Source of the DNA: the human T2T-CHM13v2.0 reference genome, Homo sapiens
Reading direction: 5' to 3' (one strand)
Assembly: GCF_009914755.1 (NCBI RefSeq)
Contig: NC_060941.1
Length of the DNA stretch: 64,000 nt
Shown here: positions 13,397 through 29,087 of the stretch, in pieces
Numbering within the stretch: the first letter of the stretch is position 1
How the letters are laid out: the number at the start of each line of letters is the position of its first letter
Translations under genes and position numbers: made by a program
Notes under the pieces: model-generated
The model's input: the letters and a program-made list of their open reading frames with translations, nothing else
What the model was told of the DNA's origin: nothing
The model's database searches: none

Positions 13397-13441
<45 letters not shown>
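13394..13441. repeat. (TG)24 microsatellite
   Basis: Uninterrupted TG run of 48 bp. Confidence 0.98.
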
Positions 13442-13443
<2 letters not shown>

Positions 13444-16124
13444 ATTGACTCTGTATCTGTAAGTCTGTGTATATTCTAGAGCAAGCCTATCTGGATAAAA
13501 CTCTTGGTTCTACTATTTACTAGATGAAGATAATAATTTATCCCAATCTCAGATTGAAATGACTTAATCCATGAAAACTCTGAACAGCGGCTGGTACATA
13601 GTATCCAACAAATGTCAGCGATTAGCATACATAGCCATATATATGTATGCATATCTGTTGAACATTTCAGGAATATATACTTGTTCATTTATGCAAACCA
13701 ATTCTAGAATATAGTAATTATGGCGAAAACTGCCTGTTTTCCATGCTTAGAACAAATTGCTGACAAAACTGCTTCATTGTCATATACGATAGACTCGCTA
13801 TAATTATTTTTCACTAATATAACCATAACAACTCCAAACAAGTATTTAAATTTAACAAGCTACTCTTTATTGATTCAGTCTTTGCTGAAGATGATTTCTA
13901 CAAAAGCTCATAGAAAGCTATGTTTACAAAGAATTTTTCACCTGTTCACACCAGCTTTACCTGCAACCTGCAAGCAGTTACTTTCCATTAGGATGTTGAA
14001 ATCTTTAAACCTGGGTTCATTGTAGGAGATGGGTACTGATGGGGAGTTTACTTTGCTTTCTTTTTGGCTATATTCTCTGCTCTGGAGGGTTTCATATTCT
14101 CTGTGAAACACCACAAAAATGAAAGTCTAGCAAAATGAGAGTCTGACTTTCAATACTTTTTTCTATTTTATCATGTTCTTTTTTAGCCAACGTCAAGAGG
14201 AGGGGGCATTTTCCTGGAATTTTCAACGACCTATGTGCTGTGAGCCAGTTTGCACCATTCAAATGATTCTCATTCACAGTGGCCAATCCCTGATTCCTAT
14301 GGCTCTTAGGGAGGAAGCAGGGTATCTTTTGTCTCCCTTATGTGGGTGATCCCAGAGATAAATTTGTTAGGTCGTGTAAGTATTAAATGAAATAAACTTG
14401 AGGAAGGGAACAAAAAGAGATAATTAGATGTCTTGCAATATGTTTTTCTGTACTTGACTTTCATTGACCAAAGGGGCTTCTGTAAGGCATATGGGTATGA
14501 GTACCAAGAATTTTAAGAGCTTTCAGAAGGGAAGGAGCACAGATTGGGAAAGGTTTGAAAGTCATTTTCAATGTTTTTATCCTTTTTGTTAAATAGTCAA
14601 CATTTGTGCTTGAAGCCTATTACCAGTACAAGCTGGGCAAGATAACTGTAACTATTCACAGCAGACAAAACAGAAAACTAGATTCTCCATTTTCCTCAAA
14701 CAGTATATACTCATGAAAGAGCAAACTTCAAATTCCCCATCTTTTCCCCTCTACTAACATAGATGCTTGAAAAATTATTTTGATTTTATCAAAGTGCACC
14801 TTTGTAAAGGAAAAATTACCCTTTTCAGAAGTGTTATGATTTGAACAACATATTGTTCTAAATCATACTACAATTCTTCATTAGTTTCATTCATTTCTAT
14901 AAAATTAATAGTCAAGTGTGCTGGCTGTAATGTGTATTCTATATATTACCAGTTTTGTGAGATGCTTGAGAGCAGAGTTTATATCTTATTTCATGTTCTC
15001 GGCATTTAGCATAGAATTCAAAATTTGCCTCTGCATTTTTGTATCCTTCAATACAATAGCAGTAAAATACCAGAATTGCCTTGCTGGGGTTATATTATCA
15101 AATGCATATACATGAATGTTGGCCTTTCTGATAAGCTAATTAAACGGCAACTTTCAAGGATTAATTTGAATTCAGAGACACCCTTATTATCCACAGTGTA
15201 TGTTTCACAAGTAGAAAAAAAATGGAATCATCTCCAAAAGGATATGGATTCTCATTTTTTCTTCATGGTTATTTGTAGTAGAAATAATAGTATTAGCATG
15301 CAACAATCTTTTCCATATATACAGAAACATGAAGGACACATTTACGTTTTAATAGTTTAGATTTTAGGAGATATCTTATGGTAATAAAACTGTTAATATC
15401 TTCAATTCATTTAAAATGTTTACAAGGAAATGTTAAAATATGCATATAACCTCTATTGAATAATTCATACTCATAGTAAGACTTCGGATAATGTAACATT
15501 TGAATTGTATATACTGCAAGTTGACTTGAATGATTGTTTTACCTATATAATTCACCAGCATCCCCTGTGTATATAGAGATTGTATTTCCAGAAACTATGA
15601 TGCTCTGAGCTGTTTAGGTGTATAGCTTGCGCCAATTATGTTATTCATATATTAAATTCATTTTGATGTGAGATAATTATAATTTGTTCAGAGAGTTTTG
15701 GAAAAAACGTGCCATCACTTTTTGCTGCTTTTTTCTTTTCATTAAACTAATGGCAATAAATCACTACAAAATACGCAGGAAAACTAGGGGGAAATTTTTA
15801 ATTGTTTAATAGAGTTATGCACTAAGTTCTCTGACATTTGTAACTATTGCTTTCATGTAAAGTGTTTACATGAAGTAAAATTTTCAAATTTCATGAACTC
15901 TAAGCTGAACTTTCAACCCCAGAGAATTCTGAAGATAATACTGCCCTTAACTTGCTCTTTAACCTTTTTTTTTGGATTTTCGAAAGTCGTCTGTTCATTT
16001 ATTTTCAATCTATAAATATTGTTGGGTACCAGACACTTCCAAATCACAAGAGTGGGTATTAACAATAGCTATCACAATGAATTATATACAGGTATTTTCT
16101 TACAGGGGACAAAGGTGAGAGAAA

Positions 16125-16345
16125 GGGGACAAATATTTATAAATACTAATTGCAAACCAGGCAGACGTATTGTGTTTTCACATATATACTCATTTGATTT
16201 GCACAACACTATGATGAGGTATCATATTTTAAAAATTTGATAAATGAGTGAACTGAATTATTAACTTATACAAGTTTGCACATTTTGTAGGCATGGAACC
16301 AGGAGCTAACTCCTAAAAGCCTCCCTTATTTTGTCTTCTCTACTA
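16125..16345 (-). mobile_element. MIR relic
   Basis: tactcatttgatttgcacaacactatgatgaggtat...ataaatgagtgaactga. Confidence 0.5.
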
Positions 16346-17889
16346 TACTCTGTTGCCTGTGGCTAAGTAGAAGAGATGAAGTATATACAAAGTATACAAA
16401 ATAGAAAATGTTAACTGCCAGAAGAGGAGTGCTGATAAAGTAGTATGAGAGTTTTACAGTTTTATACTTCACACCGCAATATTTGAAGCCCAGGAAAAGA
16501 ACTTGACTTATAGTTTAGAATTTAGTATTTCTTTTAGTCCCTCATGTCTCAAACCTAAGGTGAGTTCCTTGGAATGGTGTGCTGTTCGAGTTTAAAGCAT
16601 TAGAAATCAGCAGATGATTATGGTGTAATGTTTGAGATTGCACAGACATCAGAATATGGGAACAATTCTTTATTCTTTTAAAAAATATTCACTTTTAAAA
16701 ATTAGTATTCCACTTCCTTTCCTTTGAATGGGTCTTCTAAAAGTCATTTCCAAAGCATTACAGCCCATGAAGTATTTACAGTGGCTACCCTCCTTCTCAC
16801 AGGATGATGGCAACCGTAATTACAATTGCAGGTCACAACCTTTCAAATATCCCTATGGCTTTAGGGGTTATAAAACCATAAAGAAGCTCCACATTTCCAT
16901 TTTTATCGTTCAATCCAATCTTTTTACTGTGGAAGTCTCCAAGAGAGCTTTAGGTAATCAACCTTTTTCCTCACTGTCACTCAGCAATTGGACTTTCATA
17001 AGAATTTGAAGACAGAAATTATATCCACAGCTCTAAGTGTTCTAAATATGTCTCTATTTCTTACCTTCTACTTTTTCTCTAAACACAGAACTTTTATTCA
17101 CTGAATATTTACTACAAAGCCTACTCTAGGTCAGGCTTAGGCAATATGTGAGAACTGGACATCGCAGTGCCAAGAGCTCCTAAGTGATGGATAAAGGAGG
17201 AAAAGAGAGGGAGGATATGACTCGGGTCCCCAGCTCAATTGCAGGGACCATAGCAGGTCTTTGTGAAGAAAAGACAAATGTTCACTGTATCTGAGGAGAA
17301 CAGACATTTATCTCACGCTCAGTTAGGACCATAGTAACACAGTGTCATTTCAGTCACAAAATGCTCTGCAGCTTTGGAAGCCCCTGGAGAGACTATATCC
17401 CATGTGATGGGTGATCTATGAGAACGGTATTATCAGTGGTTTAAATAAATGTCAAGTGAATATGGTAGAGAAATAATAGAAACCTGATGGGAAAGTAGCC
17501 ACAACAAGCAAATTCATATTGTTCAAGCATGTTAGTGACTGTCCCATGAGACTTCTCGGAGATATTTGATAGAGAATTTGGCAGGGATTTATAGTTCTGT
17601 GTGGTCAGGAAGAATATAGAATCAATGCTAATATGAATGTATTTGCATATTAAAGAAGATATAAGCCAAAGATGGATCCCAAAGATGATTTTTATACAGT
17701 GTTCAGGTGTAGGATGTATACATTTGCACATAAATCTTGTATAGTTTGTAAACTGCATGAGAGGAGGGACCTTGTATTAGATTCTAATTTTCTGGCACCC
17801 AATAGGCACTTCTTGTTTGCTAAGCCTGGTGGTTATATATCCTAATATTGGAAGAATTCCCAGTCACATATTACAGGTAAAGGTATAGT

Positions 17890-18190
17890 AATGATAATAA
17901 CTACAACTTCGTGAACGCAGACTATGTGCCAGGTATTGTTTTGGGTTTTTACAAATGTCAACTAATTCATTCCTCATAACCAGCCTGGGAAGGAGATATT
18001 TTGATTTTGAATCTTATTCTTGACACTTATTTGATGGGGACTTTGGTAAAGTTGCTTACATTTTCTTTACTTCAGCATCAGCAGATACTAAAAAGAAATA
18101 CAGGGGATAATACAGGCATCTTGGATGATTGTGATAAGTAAACAATAAGTATTTGGTGCCCTTCACATAGTGGCTGCCAATAACAATGTT
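17890..18190. mobile_element. Two adjacent MIR relics in opposite orientation
   Basis: 17890-18000: tatgtgccagg...attcattcctcataacc (minus). 18005-18190: gaatcttattcttgacacttat...actttggtaaagttgcttac (plus). Confidence 0.45.
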
Positions 18191-20090
18191 CATTTCAGTC
18201 CTTCCTTTAGTTCTCTTGTGTTACCCTGGCCTTTTTCTACAAGTAGTGTTTACTTAGAATTGGCCTGTATTGTTCACATTTGCTTTTTAAAAACATTTTT
18301 ATTTACTTATTATAACAAAAGAGTTTTTCAGTTTCTGGTTAGAATGAGTCTGCATCACTCTTGTTCCGGATTGCTTTACCTGCAGATTCCTCATTTCCTG
18401 TCTCTACACAGCCCAGTATGTTGGAGACATCAAAGGCCGCTGAGGAGAGTCATCCATCATCTTGACACCTTTTATGAGTTTACTGCTCCTGATGGTGATT
18501 ATAGGAAAGGCTGCTTCAAAGTGATAACTGCCAGAGGTACTTGACGTTCATAGTATTGAATAACAGAAATAAGTCCAAGTTTGGGACAACAGAAAAAATA
18601 AATAAAAATTGAAGGACAAAATGAAGAGGTAGTAAAATGCAAAGGCAACTCTAAAAAGCTGGTTCTGATTGAGAAGTATTGATTTTAGGTGGAAATGAAC
18701 CAATAGAATCTATTCCAAAGGTAAGTTCTCATAGATTGTGCCACTTCCACAATGCCAATTTAGTCACATGACAATAAGCCCTTGAGCTTATTGTCTTGAT
18801 ATTTTGTCTATATGACATCAAGCACCTAGGGTCTGGCTAGTTTCAAATACAGGCTGCCATCACAAATGAAATCAATGCCTATTTAAAGGAGTCTTGGTAT
18901 TGCTAAAGAAAACATAGTGTTCCCATTGGTCTCCATTATCATGTTAGGGGTGCTTTGTGCTATTAACAAATGTGTAGTGAAAATGACCAATTAGATTCAA
19001 TAATAATAACTAACATTAACTAAGCACTTAGGATATACTACTATATCATATGCTAGGCATCTTAACTACATTTTCTTACATAATCAGTATTGTAGTCAGC
19101 ACTACTGGGGGTATTAATCAACAATACCATGTTTCGCTGTCCATGTTCAGAATTAATTGAGATACAGCACACAAGACTAGGGAAAATGGAAAACAAAATA
19201 TTGTTTTTATCACTGATAAAGCTTATTGTATAATGCAGCTTTCGATTTGTAGCCAGAAGGTATAGTTAATGTGTTGCTTCAATGAAAACAGACTCATCAC
19301 TGTTTACTGGTTTACTGTTTACTGTTTAGTGGTCACCGGTTGAACTGGACAATATGAGGGCTCTCCCAAAAGTGGCAATGTTTTCTCCATTATGTTTACA
19401 ACATAGCAGAATGTGTGCCTCCTGGAGACAAGGTGACTCTAAAGAGAGAAGAAAGGACTGAGCTGGGCAAGCTTATTTCCTTCTCCAAATTTGCTAATCA
19501 GATTAGACTCTCCTCTGTGAGAAAGAATCAGTGAGGAGGCAGAGAGTAGCTGGAAATGTTTCTCCAATATTTCCCTCTCTTGAAAGTGAAGGTCTTATTT
19601 CCTTCCCCAATAGAAATATGAGAAGTGAGGAACAGAAACCCCACTCCCAACAGGACCCATAATATTACACAATTAATAACTGAAAAAACAAGTTTAAGTT
19701 GTTAATAACTTATTAGTTTCAAAAAACTAGTAAGTGACATAAATTGGCTCCTAGAAAGTCTTTAACCTCCAAAGATTTAGCTGTGACTAACTATATGTAA
19801 TAATTATTTAGTAGCATAATCTATAGAACACAGAGAAACTTTCAGTTTATATAATATATAACATACAAATAATATTTGGAAGATCAGCATTAGTGCCATT
19901 ATGCAATCAATAGTAAATTCTACAAATAAAAGGAATAAACGTACTCAAAGTTTTATTTTTTATTTCATTTTATTTTTTCTCCAAACACAATGAGTTATTC
20001 AGGCAGACCATGTGGGGAATGGTTTTCCAAACAGAGAGAAAACACCTGATAAGTCACAGAAACACCAGTATCATGCTATTGAAATGGCTA

Positions 20091-20682
20091 TGTTGTCCGG
20101 GATATAAACCCGGGGTTCATCATCTCATGCAAGGAAAATTTAGGACACAGGCACACACGAGGAGTTTAGGAGCAGAGGTTTAATAGGCAGAAGAGAAAGA
20201 GAAACAGATTTTTCTATAGAGGATGGGGTCTCTGAGAGGAAAAGACCCGCTGGAGGCGAAAGTACTGGATTTTATAGTCTAGTTTGGGGAGGTGGTGTCT
20301 GGATGTACATGGGGCTCACAGATTGGTTCAATCAGGTAAGACATTTACATAGGGCAGGGGAAAAGCTAGTCACTCCACCCTAATCTCATGCAAATGAGTT
20401 TTCCAACTGATCGGTGCCATCTTATCTGCTCCTCACAATACACGTGGCTGGCAGAGAAGGGAAGATGGAGCCGCCATCTTGAACATGTCTAGTTCTTAGT
20501 TCCTGCTGGCATTCACCCCTGCAAGCTCCCAGCTTGCTTGTCTATGTCTGCAGCTTGACTTTACAGGCTACTGCTTGTTAGAAAATGATTTGGGGCTGCT
20601 TTTCATTAAAGAGAAAAGCCTTACTGAGGACCCCCATATCCTTACTATCTGCCTAAACGATTTCTTCTTAACTCCTACATCC
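20091..20682 (-). mobile_element. ERV1 solo LTR, LTR9-family (HUERS-P3 type)
   Basis: Reverse complement reads taggagttaagaagaaatcgtttaggcagatagtaagg...aaaagcagccccaaatcattttctaac...aagatggcggctccatcttcccttctctgccagccacgtg. CCAAT, TATAAAA and ATTAAA occur in order on the minus strand. Confidence 0.82.
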
Positions 20683-20799
20683 TTATGTTCTAGGGATTGC
20701 AAATACTTTCATGAGAATGGGGACAAGAGATGCTTGCACATGAGATTATGGCAGGAACTCATGACTGGAAAAGGATGAACTATCCAACATGTCCTAAGA

Positions 20800-21520
20800 A
20801 TTTTGGAATTTCTCCTGAAGTTCTCAGGAGTTCCTCAAAATTTGAAGACAACTGTAATATTGCAAGGTTTACAGCTTAGGAGTTGCATTGTGACAGAACT
20901 GTGGAGGAAGCTTCAAAGTAGAGTGTGACTAGCGATAAGGAGACTATTCTGGCAGTTGTTAAAATGGTCCAATCAAAGGAAAATAATGAGGTCTTATTTC
21001 AGGGCAGTAGTTATATGAAGGAATGAATAGATGCATAGGCTCCATAAAAAGTATATTTAATTAGTTAAATAAGCAATTCAATTTTGGGATTCAGCAGAAG
21101 AGGAAGGGTATCTGTCCCCACTGAGATGATGATGGTGACTACTCATTGCAAAGGGGAAAACAGGCAGTTTGGGATGGAGGATGGTGATGTGTTCTATATG
21201 ATCATACTGAGTTTCACAGACCAATGAGTTCTCCAACTGGAGATGTTCAATTGACAGCAGATTCTTGAATTCAGAAGAGGACACTGGGCTTGAGTAGTAC
21301 AACTGTGAGTCATTGGATTAAAGAGGTAGAAGCTGTATGGGTAGCTGGGATCTATCAGAACAAATACACAAAATTAAGAGAGAAAATGATCAAACAACAG
21401 CATTCCAGAAACTAACATGTAAGAGCTGGGAGAATAAAGATAAGTTTATGATTGAGGGGTTAGGCACAGTAGGTACAGTTTAAGGAGGGCCTCAGTGTCA
21501 TCACGGAATGAAGAAAAGAA
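20800..21520 (-). mobile_element. L2 relic
   Basis: ggagactattctggcagttg..., gggcagtagt..., ggagatgttcaattgacagc...gaattcagaagag resemble L2 antisense sequence. Confidence 0.55.
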
Positions 21521-22300
21521 ATTAAAAGAAAAACTGAAAGCTTTACAGTGGATCATTAAATACTGCCATTTAATAATGACAGTACAAGTGACTGCTATGT
21601 GTTTATTTACTTACAGCCCAACACATCCTAAGCAATCAGAAGCACAATATGTGTTTCTAGAATGAGTGGCTAAGACATTCAGATTATAAAACATAAAAAA
21701 GATTAAATATGGGCCATTTTAGTCATAGAAACAATAAGGTAAAATCTGTATCTTTAGGCAATACTTTGATAACATGATGAAGAAAATTTGAAATAAACAA
21801 TAAAGTAATTGTAAAAGCAGTTAGGTCACTGAGAACTAAAGTTTAGCCTAGTAATGAAAAGCTGGCTTAGGCGGGGGATAGGAAAATCAAAGTTTTAAGA
21901 CCAAGTGTGACACTGAAATACTAATTAGGACATGCTTATAGGCAAAGTTTTACAGTGTATATGTGTAAACGGAGACCTGAGAGCACTTACATGAAAATAA
22001 AACTTTTTCGTTTCCAAAGATGTCTTCAATTTCAAGAAAGTTCAGAAGCAGTAAATCATTTGATGAAACAATCTGAGCAAATACTCCTAATCAGATGTTA
22101 CAGGTTAAAACTTTGCAAACAGATATCAGAGGAGGGAAAAAAGAAACATGTAAAAATGAGTCAGATGGCATTGAGTGTCTTTCTTTATAGAGATAAAGCT
22201 CCCCAGCATCCTTGAGGGAGAGAATAAGAGCTTTGTAAAGATGCATCTGCTTTAAGCAATGTTCAGAAAAATTGACGTGAAAGAATGGAGTGCAAACACA

Positions 22301-22403
22301 AGAAGAAAGAAAAGAGAGAAAGAGAGAGGGAGGGAGAGAGAGAGAGAAAGGAGAAAGGGAGGGAGGGAGGGAAAAAGAGAGAAAAGAAAAGAAGAAAAGA
22401 AAC
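22301..22403. repeat. Polypurine GA-rich low-complexity tract
   Basis: About 100 bp of pure A/G (agaagaaagaaaagagag...gggagggaggg...aagaaaagaaa). Confidence 0.92.
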
Positions 22404-22689
22404 ATTATGAGCTTAGAATTTTGTGAGGAATTTTTACAGTGAAGTAGTATTTGATCCACAATTACAAATTATCCACTGACTAGCTTCAGAAGAAGTTCTA
22501 TTTTTTCCCTTTATAATGAGGATCAATAAAAATATATTACTCAAGTGTTCAACTTCTGTATTCAGCCACTATGTACAAAAATGAATAAAAATGTAATACA
22601 TCATAAAGATACATTTATCTTATATAAGTACAATGAAAATTACAAGTTGGAAAATGAGCTGTGTAGAATTTATATTCAGCAATTTTGCT

Positions 22690-23130
22690 ACATTAACGAA
22701 TCCCAGAGCATAGGTTCTTAAAATGATAGCCATTTATGTAGCACGAGGTTCTACATGTTAACAATCAGGCCTGGGCTTGTTTGGTGTTTCTTTTGGTCAG
22801 GCTCAGCTTGGCTGATTTGGTTGAGCTTGCTCATACATCTGTTACCATTTGGTGACCGAGATGGTTGGTTTATGATGGCATTACCCAGATAGCTAGGATG
22901 GCTGATACCTTTTTCTGTAGTCTTTCAACACTTTGTTTGATGATTGCTGAATTCCAAGATGAGCAAGAGTAGAAACTGCAAAGCTTTTGGACATCCAGGC
23001 TTTAAGCTGAAACAATAGCACTTTTGCTGCATTCTAGTGGTCAAAATATGTCACAAGGTGAGCTTAGATTTCACAGTTAGAGTAATTGATCCCACATTTT
23101 TCTGAGAGAAACTGTAAAATGTTGTGATGG
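22690..23130 (-). mobile_element. Old MaLR LTR (MLT1F/G/H-like)
   Basis: cttgctcatacatctg...cacttttgctgcattctagtggtcaaaatatgtcacaagg...agatt is typical MLT1 antisense sequence. Confidence 0.6.
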
Positions 23131-24388
23131 CCAAGTTTGTTCCCAAGAAGAGAATCAAATATAAGTTGGAAGACTGTTATTTCTTAGAATTTTAACTACT
23201 AAGTGTAATACTTCATAGAATATTTATTTTAAACAGCAATGCCTTTACAAAGCCTATAGACTGACCATTAAAGATGGAAGCTTTACCACACGCGTTTACC
23301 TACTCCACTTCCTTGTTATGTAAGTTTATATATTATCCTCATTCTTTAAGTTGTTTAAAATAGGGTTATTTATTATTTGTAGGAAAAAAATATCCTAACT
23401 AACACATAGGTACAGGACTTGGTATTTAGTGAATTGATTAATTCAAAGCTCAAGTTCAAATTTTTGTTGATTTCTGACTATGACTCAGTAATTTTGAGAT
23501 AATGGGGATAAAAACGATGAGTAGAGCCAAGGAGACAGGAAAATCTTTCCATTCAGCTTACAGAAAGGGAAATGGGGAAAGACAATTAAATAAATGAAGA
23601 TGGTATTCTCTGCCTGTATCAGGCCTCATCAGTGGAGGGCCAAAATATAAAGAAATAAAAGGAAAACCTTTTAGAGAAAATGATGCCTGAGCTGACCATC
23701 ACCAAATGGGAAGGAGTTTTCTAGGAAGTCAAGAAATAAGGAAGTGGGGAAGTATGAGGTGAGTGTCTTAGTCTAAAGGAAAGCAAACATAAAAGTGGAG
23801 GTATATAAACAGGTTTGTTTTATTCAGAGAACCACTAGTTGTCCACTCCTTATAGCTAACCCAGGAAGTGGACAGTAAAGTGGGAAGTGATATGGCAGAG
23901 AACGGCCAGTGTTACATGTGGTATTGGCATGCAATTGGAATTGATGATGTATAAATATCAAGTTCCAAGCTGCCACCCAATAATTTCCTACAGTATTGCT
24001 TTTCTTTTGCTTTTGATTTTCGACACAGGCCTCAGCTATCACTCTAGATATTTCGCTTTTCAATTAATAATCATTCTGGGTGAGAAATCAGTCATTTACT
24101 AGAAATAAGAATATCACTATCACCATTTCAGATGTTTCCAATTTATTCTTGTTGACTTAAGATCTTATACCAATTCAAATTTATAGCATGTGCATTTGTA
24201 TATAACAATGGGGTTTCGTTTTAATCACAGTATGGGGTTATTTCACTATTCATGAATATGTATGATAGGTCAAAAGGAATGGAGTAGCAAGTATTAATTA
24301 TATGCTTACTAATTGATTTAACATGGACTCAGAGTACTTAACAGTCTCTGATTTAATCAGTTTTTTCTTTATTTCTAATTAGTTTTCT

Positions 24389-27795
<3,407 letters not shown>

Positions 27796-28411
27796 TAGTT
27801 CTCTGATGAACCGACTTCAATCTATATATTTTGCTTTGATTTTCCCCAACTTGGTGTATAAGTACAACTGCTCTTCTCTGAAAGCAAATGTTAGTAATGA
27901 TATTATAAAATTATTATGACCTTTCAGTCCATTCCCTTTAATTAAAATTTTAAGGGCTGGGAAAACTCACCAGAATGTTTCCTCTATATTATATTTATTA
28001 ATAATTTATATAGTTAAAATATGCCTTGTTTTTTGTCAGCTACCCTTGGACACAATTTTTCTGAAATTGTAAAATAAGTGGAAATGTAAAGGTTATCTTT
28101 ACCAAGTGACAAAAAATGTATTAGATGTATTAGTATAAGATATTTGAAATGTAGAGCTGTGTTAATGATGTAACATCTTATGTTAAAAAAGGAGACATCT
28201 AAGGTATAACCATATGTTTAAGTTACTCATGAGATTCCTTTTAAGGATGCATAACCCAAGAGAATATGAAAAACAGCACTAAGAACTGAACTGAGTTTCA
28301 ACAAATCAATTAATACTGGCTCATGGCCCAAATAGTTTTACTTACATGAGCATTGCTTATCTATATTTTATCAGTATTTATAGAAAAACTTACAAGAGCT
28401 AGAAAATAAAG

Positions 28412-28457
28412 TATATATATATATATATAATATATATATATATATTATATATATATA
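28412..28457. repeat. Imperfect (TA)n microsatellite
   Basis: tatatatatatatatataatatatatatatatattatatatatata. Confidence 0.93.
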
Positions 28458-28459
28458 GT

Positions 28460-29087
28460 GTGAATTCCCATAAGAGAAAGGCAAAGCCAGAACATATATT
28501 CCATTGGCAAAATAAAAACATGATATATTTTCATTGGATTCCAGATTATTGGTATTGAAGACTTAATTCTATATAGTATTTTGGTTGCTGTTGACAAAAT
28601 AGTTAATGTTGATAACTCACAGGTCACATTTGGCAGGCTTCCAAATTAACCCATCTAGGGGAGGTCTTACAATTTATGACTTATATCCTGTCCTTGATTA
28701 AAGAATCTTATCCTAAGTCTAATCTTATCATGGATTCTCCAAACTGTTGAGGTACCGATTAATACATCATCTACTGACATTGAAAATGACGCTGATTTGT
28801 TTCTGGATCACAAAGTTTTACTGATAGTCTTGCACCTAGAATATTTCAGCCTGTTATGTTGCAACCTGTAGCCAATGATTATAACTTCTGTGGTGAACCC
28901 TCCAATTAAAAGGAAACTGCAGTGTGAGGAGTCCTTCTCCCTTATTGTAAACTTTCCCCTCCAACTTGTAGCAGATTCTGGAACATGCCCAACTTTGTGT
29001 GTCTTTCCTGATCAATCCACACATTTAGCTTTTAATAATGCTGTATCAAATTATTTCTCCCTCGACAGGCTTAATTTTGGTTGGCAA
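28460..29087 (+). mobile_element. Probable old ERV1 solo LTR (MER34/MER90-like group)
   Basis: TG start, CCAAT (gtagccaatgat), pyrimidine-rich R-like region and 3' end ttaattttggttggca as in MER4/MER34-group LTRs. Family uncertain. Confidence 0.45.
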
